Shown: in pieces, positions 18,019-27,700 of the stretch
How the letters are laid out: the number at the start of each line of letters is the position of its first letter
Numbering within the stretch: the stretch's first letter is position 1
DNA from: Pyrinomonadaceae bacterium
Lineage (GTDB): Bacteria; Acidobacteriota; Blastocatellia; Pyrinomonadales; Pyrinomonadaceae
DNA: 32,000 nt
Assembly: GCA_044228265.1 (NCBI GenBank)
Contig: JBGAVC010000037.1
Location: 5,726-37,725, forward strand
Direction of reading: 5' to 3'
Translations under genes and position numbers: made by a program
Notes under the pieces: generated by a model
Seen by the model: only the letters and a program-made list of their open reading frames with translations
The model's database searches: none
What the model was told of the DNA's origin: nothing

Positions 18019-18705
18019 ATGATGCAAAAACTTAATTACCTGGTCGTAGCCGCAATGCTGGCTCTCGGGGCTTCGTCCGTCCTCGGACAGGACGATGGTG
18101 AGGTGCGTATCAGAAAAGCGCTTGAGGGCCGGCAAATACTGTTAAAGATGGATCTCCCGGCCATCGATGCCGGTATCCCGATGATATTCGACGATGCGAA
18201 TGTCAGTTATGACGAGGCCGCCTACAAAAAGCTGGTCAAGGAATACGGCGTTGCGATTCCCCGCGACAGTCGCGCCAGGATCACCGGAGTACGGATCACG
18301 AACAAGGGTATCGAGATCGATCTCGACGGAGGCGGCTTGCCCGGAAGAGACTGGTTTATCGGAAATGTTAAGCTCGTCCCTCCCGACACCCTGGGTAAAT
18401 CGGACCGCGAAGTCGAGCTTGAACGGCAGATATCGCTCGAGACCAACCCGACCAATCTCAACTTTTTGAAAAGCGAACTCGAATTTGAACAACGGGCCCG
18501 CGTTTCGCAGGACCAACGAAATCAGGAGGCCTACCAACGCATGACGCACCTCCGGAGCAAGTATATAGAGGACAATAGAAAGAGTTGGGGCTCCAAATTG
18601 ATCATCGTGGTTCATTCCAGAAAGGCGAGTGTGACGATGCGGGAAATGGTCAAATCGCTTTCCAAGTACGCCGAGCTATTGCCGCGTGAAACAACAGGTC
18701 AATAG
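18019..18705 (+). CDS. Secreted hypothetical protein
   Basis: RBS GGGGGAGG (18008..18015) before ATGATG at 18019. Signal peptide MMQKLNYLVVAAMLALGASSVLGQ. I recognise no family. Confidence 0.55.
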   Translation: MMQKLNYLVVAAMLALGASSVLGQDDGEVRIRKALEGRQILLKMDLPAIDAGIPMIFDDANVSYDEAAYKKLVKEYGVAIPRDSRARITGVRITNKGIEIDLDGGGLPGRDWFIGNVKLVPPDTLGKSDREVELERQISLETNPTNLNFLKSELEFEQRARVSQDQRNQEAYQRMTHLRSKYIEDNRKSWGSKLIIVVHSRKASVTMREMVKSLSKYAELLPRETTGQ

Positions 18706-19678
18706 CAGCTCTCGACAAGAGTTTCAGTATCTATCGCCGGATGAGGCCGACCTGGGGTTGCGTCTCGACGCGTTTCTGGTCAGACACGTGGACGGTTGGT
18801 CGCGCTCGCGGCTCCAACGGCTCGTCGAGGAGGGCGATGTCCTGGTGAACGGCCTCAAGTCCAAACCTTCGTACAAGATACGCCACGGAGACGAGATCGA
18901 AATAGAACTGACCGAGCTGCCTGCGGCGGCATTCGAACCTGAGGACATCCCGCTCGATATCGTTTTCGAAGACGATCGGCTCGCGGTTATTAACAAGCCT
19001 GCCGGAATGGTCGTCCACCCAGGCGCCGGAGTTCAGAGCGGCACGCTGGCAAATGCGATTGCCTATCGTTTCTTATCAGAGCCGGGAGCGATGGCGACTG
19101 GCTCAAATATCGACACATCGAACCGCGTCGGCATCGTCCATCGTCTCGATAAGGACACCTCAGGCCTCATCGTCGTCGCCAAAGACCTGGAAACGCACGA
19201 GGCACTGTCGGAGCAATTTCGCTCAAGAGAGGTCTATAAGTCGTACGTCGCTCTGGTTCACGGCTCCCCTGACCAAAACTCCGGCTCCATCGACGCCCCC
19301 ATCGGCCGCAACAAACACAACCGCCTGAGGATGAAGGTCGCCGCCCATGGCCGCCAGGCCCTTTCGCTTTGGAAAATGCGAAAGCGTTACGACAAATTCA
19401 CCCTCCTCGATGTCGAGATCAAGACCGGCCGCACCCATCAGGTCCGCGTTCACATGGCCTATATTAATCATCCCATCGTAGGCGACGAGATCTACAACGA
19501 AGGCCGCGACAACACCATCGCGGACATAACGGTCCGTAACGCTGTCAAAACCATGCGGCGGTTTTTTCTTCACGCGGAAAACTTGTCGTTTACTCACCCC
19601 AAGACAATGCAAAAATTAGAGTTTAGATGTAATTTACCTAATGAGTTGTCAGAGTTCCTGGAATTGATCGACGGATAA
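18686..19678 (+). CDS. rluD: RluA-family 23S rRNA pseudouridine synthase (RluD-like) with S4 domain
   Basis: 330 aa. Catalytic motif HRLDKDTSGLIVVAK. Also KSYVALVHG and TGRTHQVRVH. The N-terminal region LRLDAFLV...RSRLQRLVEEGDVLVNG is S4-like. GTG start overlaps the preceding gene by 20 nt. Confidence 0.85.
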   Translation: MKQQVNSSSRQEFQYLSPDEADLGLRLDAFLVRHVDGWSRSRLQRLVEEGDVLVNGLKSKPSYKIRHGDEIEIELTELPAAAFEPEDIPLDIVFEDDRLAVINKPAGMVVHPGAGVQSGTLANAIAYRFLSEPGAMATGSNIDTSNRVGIVHRLDKDTSGLIVVAKDLETHEALSEQFRSREVYKSYVALVHGSPDQNSGSIDAPIGRNKHNRLRMKVAAHGRQALSLWKMRKRYDKFTLLDVEIKTGRTHQVRVHMAYINHPIVGDEIYNEGRDNTIADITVRNAVKTMRRFFLHAENLSFTHPKTMQKLEFRCNLPNELSEFLELIDG

Positions 19679-19739
19679 CGATTTAGCCTGGAAATGCGTT
19701 TTAACGAAGTACAGTTTCGGGTGCAGCAGCCAAAACGGC

Positions 19740-20642
19740 ATGTTTCACTGGACTCACAGAGTAATCAGCATCGCCGCCCGGCTACGACAAAAGGCGGTTG
19801 ATCGGATCTGGATCAGACCGCTTTTTGCGAGTATTAGCCACAACGCGACGATATTGGAGATCGGAGGAGGATATCGGCCCCGATTTACAAAGAGCGAATA
19901 CCCGAACGTCTATCACCTCGACCATGCAACGGCCGAGGAACTTCGAAAAAAATACGCGGACGAGCCGGTGGCATGCGATCTGGTCGAGAACATCCAGCCG
20001 GTGGATTTCGTGGCTGACGGGTCGCCAGTCGAAGATCTGATCCCAAAGGAATTAAAGTTCGATGTGATATTTAGTTCCCATGCGATCGAACATCAGGTCG
20101 ACTTGATCGGCCATTTTATTTCTATCGAAAAGCTCTTAAAAGTCGGTGGCCGAGTGATCATGATCATACCGGATTATAGGTGCACCTTTGACGCGCTGCG
20201 CTTTCCAACGGTCGTCGGAGCGGCGATAGTGGTCCACCGACAAGGAAGGACCATCCACCAGGGAAGACAGATCTTTGGGCATATTGCGCGAACGATCGAC
20301 GTCAACCCAAATCGCAAGGTGCGTTCGTTCGATCTCGCCGAAGCTCATTTCAATTGGTCGTTGAGCGAAGGACTTGCAGCCACTGAGAGGTGCGACCAAC
20401 CCGGAGCCCGATACGAAGACGCCCATGCCTGGGTTTTTTGTCCGTTATCATTCAGGCTATTGCTGCTTGAATTGTATATGCTCGGGTATACGTGCTTGCA
20501 GCCGACCGCGATTTCATATACCTACGGGAATCAGTTTTGCGCAGTATTGGAGCGGGATGAACCGTATTCGAGCTCGACTGTTAAGAAGGTAGAGAAAATG
20601 GAACGAGAGCGTCTCACGTTGAGTATGGCTCTGAGACACTGA
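19740..20642 (+). CDS. Class I SAM-dependent methyltransferase-like protein
   Basis: 300 aa. Motif I-like ILEIGGGY. Post-II region FDVIFSSHAIEHQVDLIGHFISIEKLLKVGGRVIMIIPD is typical of Methyltransf_11/23-type enzymes. Substrate unknown. Confidence 0.6.
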   Translation: MFHWTHRVISIAARLRQKAVDRIWIRPLFASISHNATILEIGGGYRPRFTKSEYPNVYHLDHATAEELRKKYADEPVACDLVENIQPVDFVADGSPVEDLIPKELKFDVIFSSHAIEHQVDLIGHFISIEKLLKVGGRVIMIIPDYRCTFDALRFPTVVGAAIVVHRQGRTIHQGRQIFGHIARTIDVNPNRKVRSFDLAEAHFNWSLSEGLAATERCDQPGARYEDAHAWVFCPLSFRLLLLELYMLGYTCLQPTAISYTYGNQFCAVLERDEPYSSSTVKKVEKMERERLTLSMALRH

Positions 20643-20806
20643 CGCAGACTTTCTTCTGCTGCTCTGGTCGCTCTGCCCGACGCGTTTTATTCTGGAACCG
20701 CGAAATCACACCAAAGCTCACGAAAGCGATTTTTTTTTTGCGTTGTTTCGTGTACTTTCGTGGTTCCATCTTCTTTGGCGTGTGAGTTCCGGGCCATAAC
20801 GTCTTT

Positions 20807-23101
20807 ATGAAAATCATCACTTTGTCTCTGTTCATCTTTTTTGTATCAATGGCTGTCTTTGCTCAAAACGATGAGATCAATGTCATTCCAAAACCTGCGC
20901 GAGTCAAACGCCCAGAAGGTTCATTCAAGCTAAGTAGTACAACTGTCATCTTTGTTCCGAACAAGGCTTATCTAAAGAATGCGGTGATTCTCAATGACCT
21001 CTTGCAAACCAACTTTTCGATACGACTCAAGGTTACGTCACAACGCAGAAAGACAAACGTGATCCTTATTGGAGATTCTCCTTTTTCTGAAAACGGAAGA
21101 TATCCGCGTCCAGAGTCGTATTCTCTGACGGTCGAGCCGAATAGCATCAATATTTGGGGAAATGATCGAGGGCAATTTTATGGACTACAAACGCTCGCGC
21201 AACTCATGACGTCATCAAAAAAAGGCGTGGTAGAGATACCATTTACGGCAATTGCAGACTGGCCGAGGTTCCCCTACCGCGGGATGCACCTCGATGTCAG
21301 TCGGCACTTCTTTCCGGTCGAGTTCGTCAAAAAGTACATCGACCTGATGTCGCAGTACAAGTTCAACTACTTCCATTGGCACCTGACGGATGACCAGGGC
21401 TGGCGGATCGAGATCAAGAAATATCCGAAGTTGACCGAGATCGGTTCGAAACGGTCCGAATCCCATCTCGGCCCTTATACGCCCACGTTTAAGGGCGACG
21501 GCGTGCCGGTCGAGGGGTTTTATACACAGGAGCAGATCAAGGACGTCGTTGCCTATGCCAAGGCAAGATACATCACTGTGATACCAGAGATCGAGCTGCC
21601 GGGCCACTCGTCCGCGGCGCTCGCGGCTTATCCGGAGCTTGGCTGCAAGGCGGACTACAAGTACGAGGTAAAAAAAACGTGGGGCATTTTTAAGGAAGTC
21701 TATTGCCCTACGGAAAGGACGTTCGGCTTTCTCGAAGACGTTCTGAGCGAGGTCATCGGCCTTTTCCCCGATTCGCCGTACATCCACGTCGGCGGCGACG
21801 AGGTTTTGAAGGACATGTGGAAAGAGTCGCCCGAGGTCAAAGATTTGATGGCGCGAGAGAACCTCAAGGACGAGCACGAGGTCCAAAGCTATTTCATCCG
21901 CCGGATGGAGAAGTTCATCAACTCGAAAGGCAAAAAGATCATCGGCTGGGACGAGATACTCGAGGGCGGGCTCGCGCCGAATGCGACGGTCATGTCCTGG
22001 CGCGGGACCAAGGGCGGTATCGAGGCGGCCAAAGCGCATCACGACGTGATCATGACGCCGACCGACTACGCTTACTTTGATTTCTCTCAGGGAGACCCGG
22101 CGACCGAGCCTCTCAACATCGGCAATTACCTGACACTCGACAAGGTGTACAGCTTTGATCCGGTGCCAAAGGACCTCTCGCCCGAGGATGCAAAGTACAT
22201 AATCGGCGGCCAGGGCAACGTCTGGACCGAATATATGCAGACGCCCGAAAATGTCGAGTATATGGCTCTCCCACGCATGCTCGCCATGGCCGAGGACATC
22301 TGGTCGACACCCGAAAACAAGAATTTCGCCGACTTTTCGCAGCGGCTTTCGGTGCAATTGTCGCGGCTCGATAAACGAGGGATAAACTTCCGTATTCCGG
22401 AACCCGCGGGCCTCGCGAACCGCGTACTCGGGCACGACGAGGCGGTGGATGTCGAACTTAAGACGGCGATATCCGGTGCGAGCATCCATTACACCACCGA
22501 CGGCACAACGCCTACGTCCGCCTCGCCCGTCATACCGGAAAAGCTCGAGATCAGACCCAACGGCGGAATCCGCACGGACCTCAAGACCGTTATCGTACTG
22601 CCCTCGGGGCGGGCAAGTTCGGTCTATACCGCCACTTTCCTGCGCATGCCGTGGCTCGTAGCCGAGCCCGATCTCAAGGACAAACGTCAGGGTGCGACCT
22701 TTGGACTCGTCGCGTGGCGGCCGGACGGCGTCGCTGAACCGCTCGTGACCAGCGGCGAGACCAAAACTCTGGGTTTTCAGCAATTCGCGAAAATCACTGA
22801 TCTCAAGCGCCCCTTTGCGGTGACTTTCAACGGTTACATTAACGCACCGGTTGATGCGATCTATGAGTTTCAGGTCGAATCGACGTACTCGGCCGCCGTC
22901 GAGCTCGACGGCCTGAAACTGATCGACGAAACCGGTACTGCCGAGCGAAAGACCCGTTCAAATGTCGTCCCCTTGCGGGCCGGCCTGCATAAGATAAGCC
23001 TGCGATACGCCAACAGCAGCGGCGATCCTTTCTGGCGGGTCCGCTGGGCGATAAAAGGCCAGAACTGGCGAAATCTCGGCGGCGGGGAGTTGATCCATTA
23101 G
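20807..23101 (+). CDS. GH20 beta-N-acetylhexosaminidase with C-terminal CHB_HEX_C-like and PA14-like domains
   Basis: 764 aa, with signal peptide. GH20 motifs RGMHLDVSRHFF, HWHLTDDQGWRIE, HVGGDEV. IHYTTDGTTPTS is a chitobiase C-terminal type motif. NGYINAPVDAIYEFQVES...LHKISLRYANS is PA14-like. Confidence 0.85.
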   Translation: MKIITLSLFIFFVSMAVFAQNDEINVIPKPARVKRPEGSFKLSSTTVIFVPNKAYLKNAVILNDLLQTNFSIRLKVTSQRRKTNVILIGDSPFSENGRYPRPESYSLTVEPNSINIWGNDRGQFYGLQTLAQLMTSSKKGVVEIPFTAIADWPRFPYRGMHLDVSRHFFPVEFVKKYIDLMSQYKFNYFHWHLTDDQGWRIEIKKYPKLTEIGSKRSESHLGPYTPTFKGDGVPVEGFYTQEQIKDVVAYAKARYITVIPEIELPGHSSAALAAYPELGCKADYKYEVKKTWGIFKEVYCPTERTFGFLEDVLSEVIGLFPDSPYIHVGGDEVLKDMWKESPEVKDLMARENLKDEHEVQSYFIRRMEKFINSKGKKIIGWDEILEGGLAPNATVMSWRGTKGGIEAAKAHHDVIMTPTDYAYFDFSQGDPATEPLNIGNYLTLDKVYSFDPVPKDLSPEDAKYIIGGQGNVWTEYMQTPENVEYMALPRMLAMAEDIWSTPENKNFADFSQRLSVQLSRLDKRGINFRIPEPAGLANRVLGHDEAVDVELKTAISGASIHYTTDGTTPTSASPVIPEKLEIRPNGGIRTDLKTVIVLPSGRASSVYTATFLRMPWLVAEPDLKDKRQGATFGLVAWRPDGVAEPLVTSGETKTLGFQQFAKITDLKRPFAVTFNGYINAPVDAIYEFQVESTYSAAVELDGLKLIDETGTAERKTRSNVVPLRAGLHKISLRYANSSGDPFWRVRWAIKGQNWRNLGGGELIH

Positions 23102-23121
23102 AAATATGATCGGACAGCTGA

Positions 23122-23141
23122 CCTCCGACTGAAGTCGGAGG
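23122..23141. repeat. Perfect 8-bp stem / 4-nt loop hairpin between GH20 and GH29 genes
   Basis: CCTCCGAC tgaa GTCGGAGG. No U-tract follows, so it is not a classical intrinsic terminator. It may be a REP-like unit or an RNA stability element. Confidence 0.4.
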
Positions 23142-23179
23142 CAATTGAGTAAACCTCAGGCAACGGGGATCGCTTAAGA

Positions 23180-24619
23180 ATGAGCAAGAATAGTTTTGAC
23201 ACAGTTTTGTGTGTGTTCATTGCCATTTTGCTCCTGATATCCTCCACTGTTTACGGGCAAACAAGGACCCCGCCACCACGGCCTGTTCTCCCAGTACCAA
23301 CCGCTGCTCAACTTGCCTGGCAAAAGCTCGAATATTACGCCTTCATCCACTTCGGGATGAACACGTTCGGCGAACACGAATGGGGCGAGGGCCGAGAACC
23401 GGCAACGGATTTTTACCCTACCGCTTTCGACGCTCGGCAATGGGCCCGAGTCGTGAGAGACGCCGGAATGAAGGGCATCATCATTACCGCAAAGCACCAC
23501 GATGGATTTTGCCTGTGGCCGTCGGCTACGACCGAGTATTCGGTCAAGAACTCCAGGTGGCGGGACGGCAAAGGCGACGTACTGCGGGAACTGTCCGACG
23601 CGTGCAAAGAGTACGGCCTTAAATTCGGCATTTACATCTCGCCGTGGGACCGCAACCATCCGCTTTACGGGACCCCGCGTTACAACCGCGTTTACAAGGA
23701 CCAGTGGCGCGAACTGCTCTCGAATTATGGTGAGGTATTCGAATCGTGGCTCGACGGTGCTAACGACGGAAAAAAGCGGATGGTCTATGATTTCGACGGG
23801 TTTTACTCGACGATCCTCGGCATCCAACCCAGCACAATGATCTTCAGCGACGCGGGGCCTGGCATTCGCTGGGTCGGCAACGAACGCGGGATCGCCGGCG
23901 AAACAAACTGGTCGATGCGTGACAACGAGGGTACGTTTCCGGGATTTGCCGATACAGCAGCACTAAACCGCGGCGACGAGAATGGCGACAAATGGATCCC
24001 GGCCGAGTGCGATGTGTCAGTTAGGCTGGGCTGGTTCTATCACGCCGCGGAAGACAAAAAGCTCAAGTCCGTCACCGATTTGATGGACATTTATCTCGGA
24101 TCGGTCGGCCGCAACTGCAATCTTTTGCTCAACATCGGCGTCGACCGCCGCGGCCTTGTCAATGAGAACGACATCGCACGGCTGATGGAGTTCAAAACCG
24201 CGCGTGAAAAGGCGTTTGCCGTAAACCTAGCAAAAGGAAAAATTACAGCATCAAATGTCAGAGGCCGTGACCGCCGTTTTTCGGCCGAGAACGTCCTCGA
24301 CGGAAATTTCGACACCTATTGGGCGACTGATGACAATGTCACAAACGCCTCGATAACGCTCGACTTCGGCCGGGAAACTGATATTGATACGGTAACGCTG
24401 CAGGAAAATATCGCGCTCGGCCAACGGGTCAAAAGGTTTTCGGTCGAGGCATGGGATGGATCGCAATTTGTGACGGTCTCGCGGCAGACTACCATTGGTT
24501 ACAAACGGATAGTTCGATTTCCAAAAACAAGGACCAGGAAGGTCCGAGTTGTGATCGAAGACGCGCGGGCATGTCCGGCCATATCGACGGTTGAAATATA
24601 CAGTTCCGGAGGGAATTAA
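23180..24619 (+). CDS. GH29 alpha-L-fucosidase with C-terminal F5/8 type C (discoidin) domain
   Basis: 479 aa, with signal peptide. GH29 core AKHHDGFCLWPS and YISPWDRN. The C-terminus NVLDGNFDTYWATDD...VRVVIE is discoidin-like. Confidence 0.85.
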   Translation: MSKNSFDTVLCVFIAILLLISSTVYGQTRTPPPRPVLPVPTAAQLAWQKLEYYAFIHFGMNTFGEHEWGEGREPATDFYPTAFDARQWARVVRDAGMKGIIITAKHHDGFCLWPSATTEYSVKNSRWRDGKGDVLRELSDACKEYGLKFGIYISPWDRNHPLYGTPRYNRVYKDQWRELLSNYGEVFESWLDGANDGKKRMVYDFDGFYSTILGIQPSTMIFSDAGPGIRWVGNERGIAGETNWSMRDNEGTFPGFADTAALNRGDENGDKWIPAECDVSVRLGWFYHAAEDKKLKSVTDLMDIYLGSVGRNCNLLLNIGVDRRGLVNENDIARLMEFKTAREKAFAVNLAKGKITASNVRGRDRRFSAENVLDGNFDTYWATDDNVTNASITLDFGRETDIDTVTLQENIALGQRVKRFSVEAWDGSQFVTVSRQTTIGYKRIVRFPKTRTRKVRVVIEDARACPAISTVEIYSSGGN

Positions 24620-24714
24620 CCACAGATGAACACAGATAAACACCGATCAGAAGTCAGAAATCCCAAGTCAAAAGCCAATAGATCGGCTTTCTTTGCGTCT
24701 CTGCGTCTCTGCGG
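24620..24714. repeat. About 95-nt imperfect palindromic (REP/MITE-like) element spanning the GH29-GH92 junction
   Basis: Left arm CCACAGATGAACACAGATAAACACCGATC (24620..24648). Right arm GATCGGCTTTCTTTGCGTCTCTGCGTCTCTGCGG (24681..24714). Inner CCGATC/GATCGG pair perfectly. Outer CCACAGA..CACAGA versus TCTGCG..TCTGCGG pair imperfectly. The GH92 ATG (24626) lies inside the left arm. Confidence 0.5.
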
Positions 24715-27700
24715 TTCGATTCTTTTTATAGCAATTGCAGCCGCAGCCCAAACGCGCGACTTCACGCGTTGGGTAAATCCCTTCATCGGCACCGGCGGTC
24801 ACGGGCATACATTTCCCGGTGCGACGATGCCATTCGGTATGGTCCAACTATCGCCCGACACACGCACCGACAACTGGGACGGCTCATCCGGCTATCACTA
24901 CTCCGACGACATCATCTACGGCTTTTCACACACTCACCTGAGCGGCACGGACATACCGGATTATTGCGATATTTTGTTCATGCCGACGGTTGGTCCTATT
25001 GAAGAATTTAAGGCTCCCTGGGAGACCGGCCTGGAATGGTACGGATCCAAATTCTCGCACGCAAACGAGAAAGCCGAGCCGGGTTATTATTCGGTAAAGC
25101 TCGACAATGGCGACGTTAAGGTCGAGTTGACAAGCACAAATCGTGTTGGGCTTCATCGATATACATACCCAGGTGCCGGAACGAACAATATAGTCTTAGA
25201 CCTAAAATGGCGTGATAAATTGCTGGATTCCACGATAAAGATAGTGGGAAATAACCGGGTCGAAGGGTATCGACGATCAAGCTCTTGGGCAAAAGATCAA
25301 GTTATTTATTTTAGTGCTGAGTTTTCAAGACCCTTTGCTTATGCCCTGTCCCAGGATGGTTCTGCTGACTCGTTACGAGGAGTTCCTCGTTTAAAAGAAC
25401 ATAAGTCTTTTAGCACGGAAAACTATCAACGAGTTTTTCAGTTTAATTTAGCTGATGGAGAACAGGTCTTGCTAAAGGTCGCACTTTCACCTGTCTCGAT
25501 CGAAGGCGCTCGCAAAAACCTCGCCGCAGAGCTTCCAGGCTGGGATTTTGATAAGGTCCGGGCGGACGCAAAAACGGCCTGGAACAAGGATCTGTCCAAG
25601 ATCGAGGTCTCGGGCGGGACCGAAGCTCAGACGACGACATTTTACACGGCGCTTTATCACACGATGATCCAGCCGAATATCTTCAACGATGTCGACGGCA
25701 ATTACCGCGGGATGGATGGCAAGGTGCATTCCCTATGGAACGCGGACGCCCTCGTCCGCAATGAGGGCGGAGCCCGAAACAGCCCTTACGCCGGAGGCAC
25801 CGGCGTTGGCGGACGAGGGCGTCCGCGTTCCGGCCAGTACACCGTCTTCTCGCTCTGGGACACATTCCGCGCGGCGCACCCGCTTTATACGATCATTGAT
25901 CAGAAACGCACCATCGATTTTATCAACACCTTTATCCGCCAATACGAACAAGGCGGGCGGCTGCCGGTTTGGGAGCTGGCGGGGAACGAGACCGACTGCA
26001 TGATCGGCTACCACGCCGTCTCGGTCATCGCCGATGCGATGGCGAAGGGGATAAATGGCTTTGATTACGAAAAAGCATACGCCGCCGCCAAACACAGCGC
26101 GATGCTCGACCACTTCGGCCTCGCCGGCTACAAAAAACGCGGCTACATATCGATGGAGGACGAGAACGAATCGGTTTCGCGCACGCTCGAATACGCCTAC
26201 GATGACTGGTGCATCGCCGAGATGGCAAAGATCATGGGCAAGCGATACGAAGATTGGCTGCTCACGACTAACAAGAAACTCGCCAGTCCTCTGCCAGAAC
26301 AGCAGTACGCCGCCGACTATCAGAAATACTCGGAGCGAGGCCGCTACTTCGAAAACCTCTTCGACCCTGCGACCGGCTTCATGCGGCCGAAAAAGAACGG
26401 CGGCTTTGTCGAGCCATTTGCTCCGAACGAGGTGACGTTCGGCTTTACCGAGGGCAATTCGTGGCAGTACACGTTCTTTGTGCCGCAGGATGTGACGCGG
26501 CTGATGGAACTCGAGGGAGGCCGCGATAAGTTCGTCGCAAAGCTCGATGAGTTATTCACGACGACACAGAAACTCGGCGGCCGCGAGCAGGCCGACCTGA
26601 CGGGGCTGATCGGACAATACGCTCACGGCAACGAGCCCTCGCATCACATTGCTTACCTGTACGACTACGCCGGCGAGCCGTGGAAGACGCAAAAATACGT
26701 CCGAAAGATCATGGACGAGTTCTACAAGCCCGCGCCCGACGGCCTGATCGGCAACGAGGACTGCGGCCAGATGTCGGCTTGGTACATCCTTGCGCGGCTG
26801 GCGTCTACGAGGTGACGCCGGGCTCAGGCGTTTATGCGTTCGGAGCTCCTTTGTTTCCGGAGATCAAATTCAAGCTCGAGAACGGTAAGCAATTTGTGGT
26901 TCGTGCCCGGAACGTGTCCGATAAGAACATCTACATTGCGGAAGCGAAACTTAACGGCAAACCTTACAAAAAAAGCGTTCATTACTTATGAAGACATGAT
27001 GAGCGGCGCCGTACTCGAATTCACGATGACGGACACGCCCGTAAGAACAGCGTTCACGGAGTTTCCTGTTTCGTCGATGAACGCTGATTCTGTCTCGGTC
27101 CCGTTGATCGCGGGCGACCGTACGATCAGGAACGCCGTTAATGTCAACATGTCAACGGTCACTCCTAACGCGAGGATCTATTACGACCGACGGCAGCGAT
27201 CCGTCCACCGAAATCGACGGCATTCACCGCTCCATTCACGATCGACCGGACAACGACGGTAAAGGCGATCGCGATCGACTCGAAGGGGAATTCAAGCCAG
27301 CCGGTCACGGCCAGATTCGTAAAGCCGCCAAACGACTGGACCGTCAAGGTCGTCTCCGGCTACAGCCGGCAGTACACCGGCGGCGGCGACAATGCGATCG
27401 TCGACGGTATTCGCGGGACGGTCAATTTTGCGAGCGGCGAGTGGCAGGGCATACAGGGCAAACCGTACGAGGCGATCGTCGATCTGCAGCGGCCGACCGA
27501 CATCAGCGAACTCGGAGGCAGCTTTTGCAGGTCGCCTCGCCCTGGATCTGGATGCCGGACCGTGTCGAGTTTGAGGTGTCGAGGACGGCGTGACGTTTAC
27601 CAAGGCCGCCGAGATCAAGCCCGGCTTTCCGCAGACCGAGATGACGCCGACGATCAGAGAATACACGCAAAAGATCTCCCCGACCAAAGCTCGCTACGTT

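Noticed and set aside
21215-22783. 522-aa minus-strand ORF
   Set aside because: Antisense to the GH20 gene; arginine-rich shadow translation.
26966-26976. Possible programmed frameshift or transcriptional slippage at the A7 run in GH92
   Set aside because: A slippery A-run could restore one frame. Five other frame breaks in the same gene lack any slippery motif, so recoding cannot rescue the protein. Decay or sequencing error is the simpler explanation.
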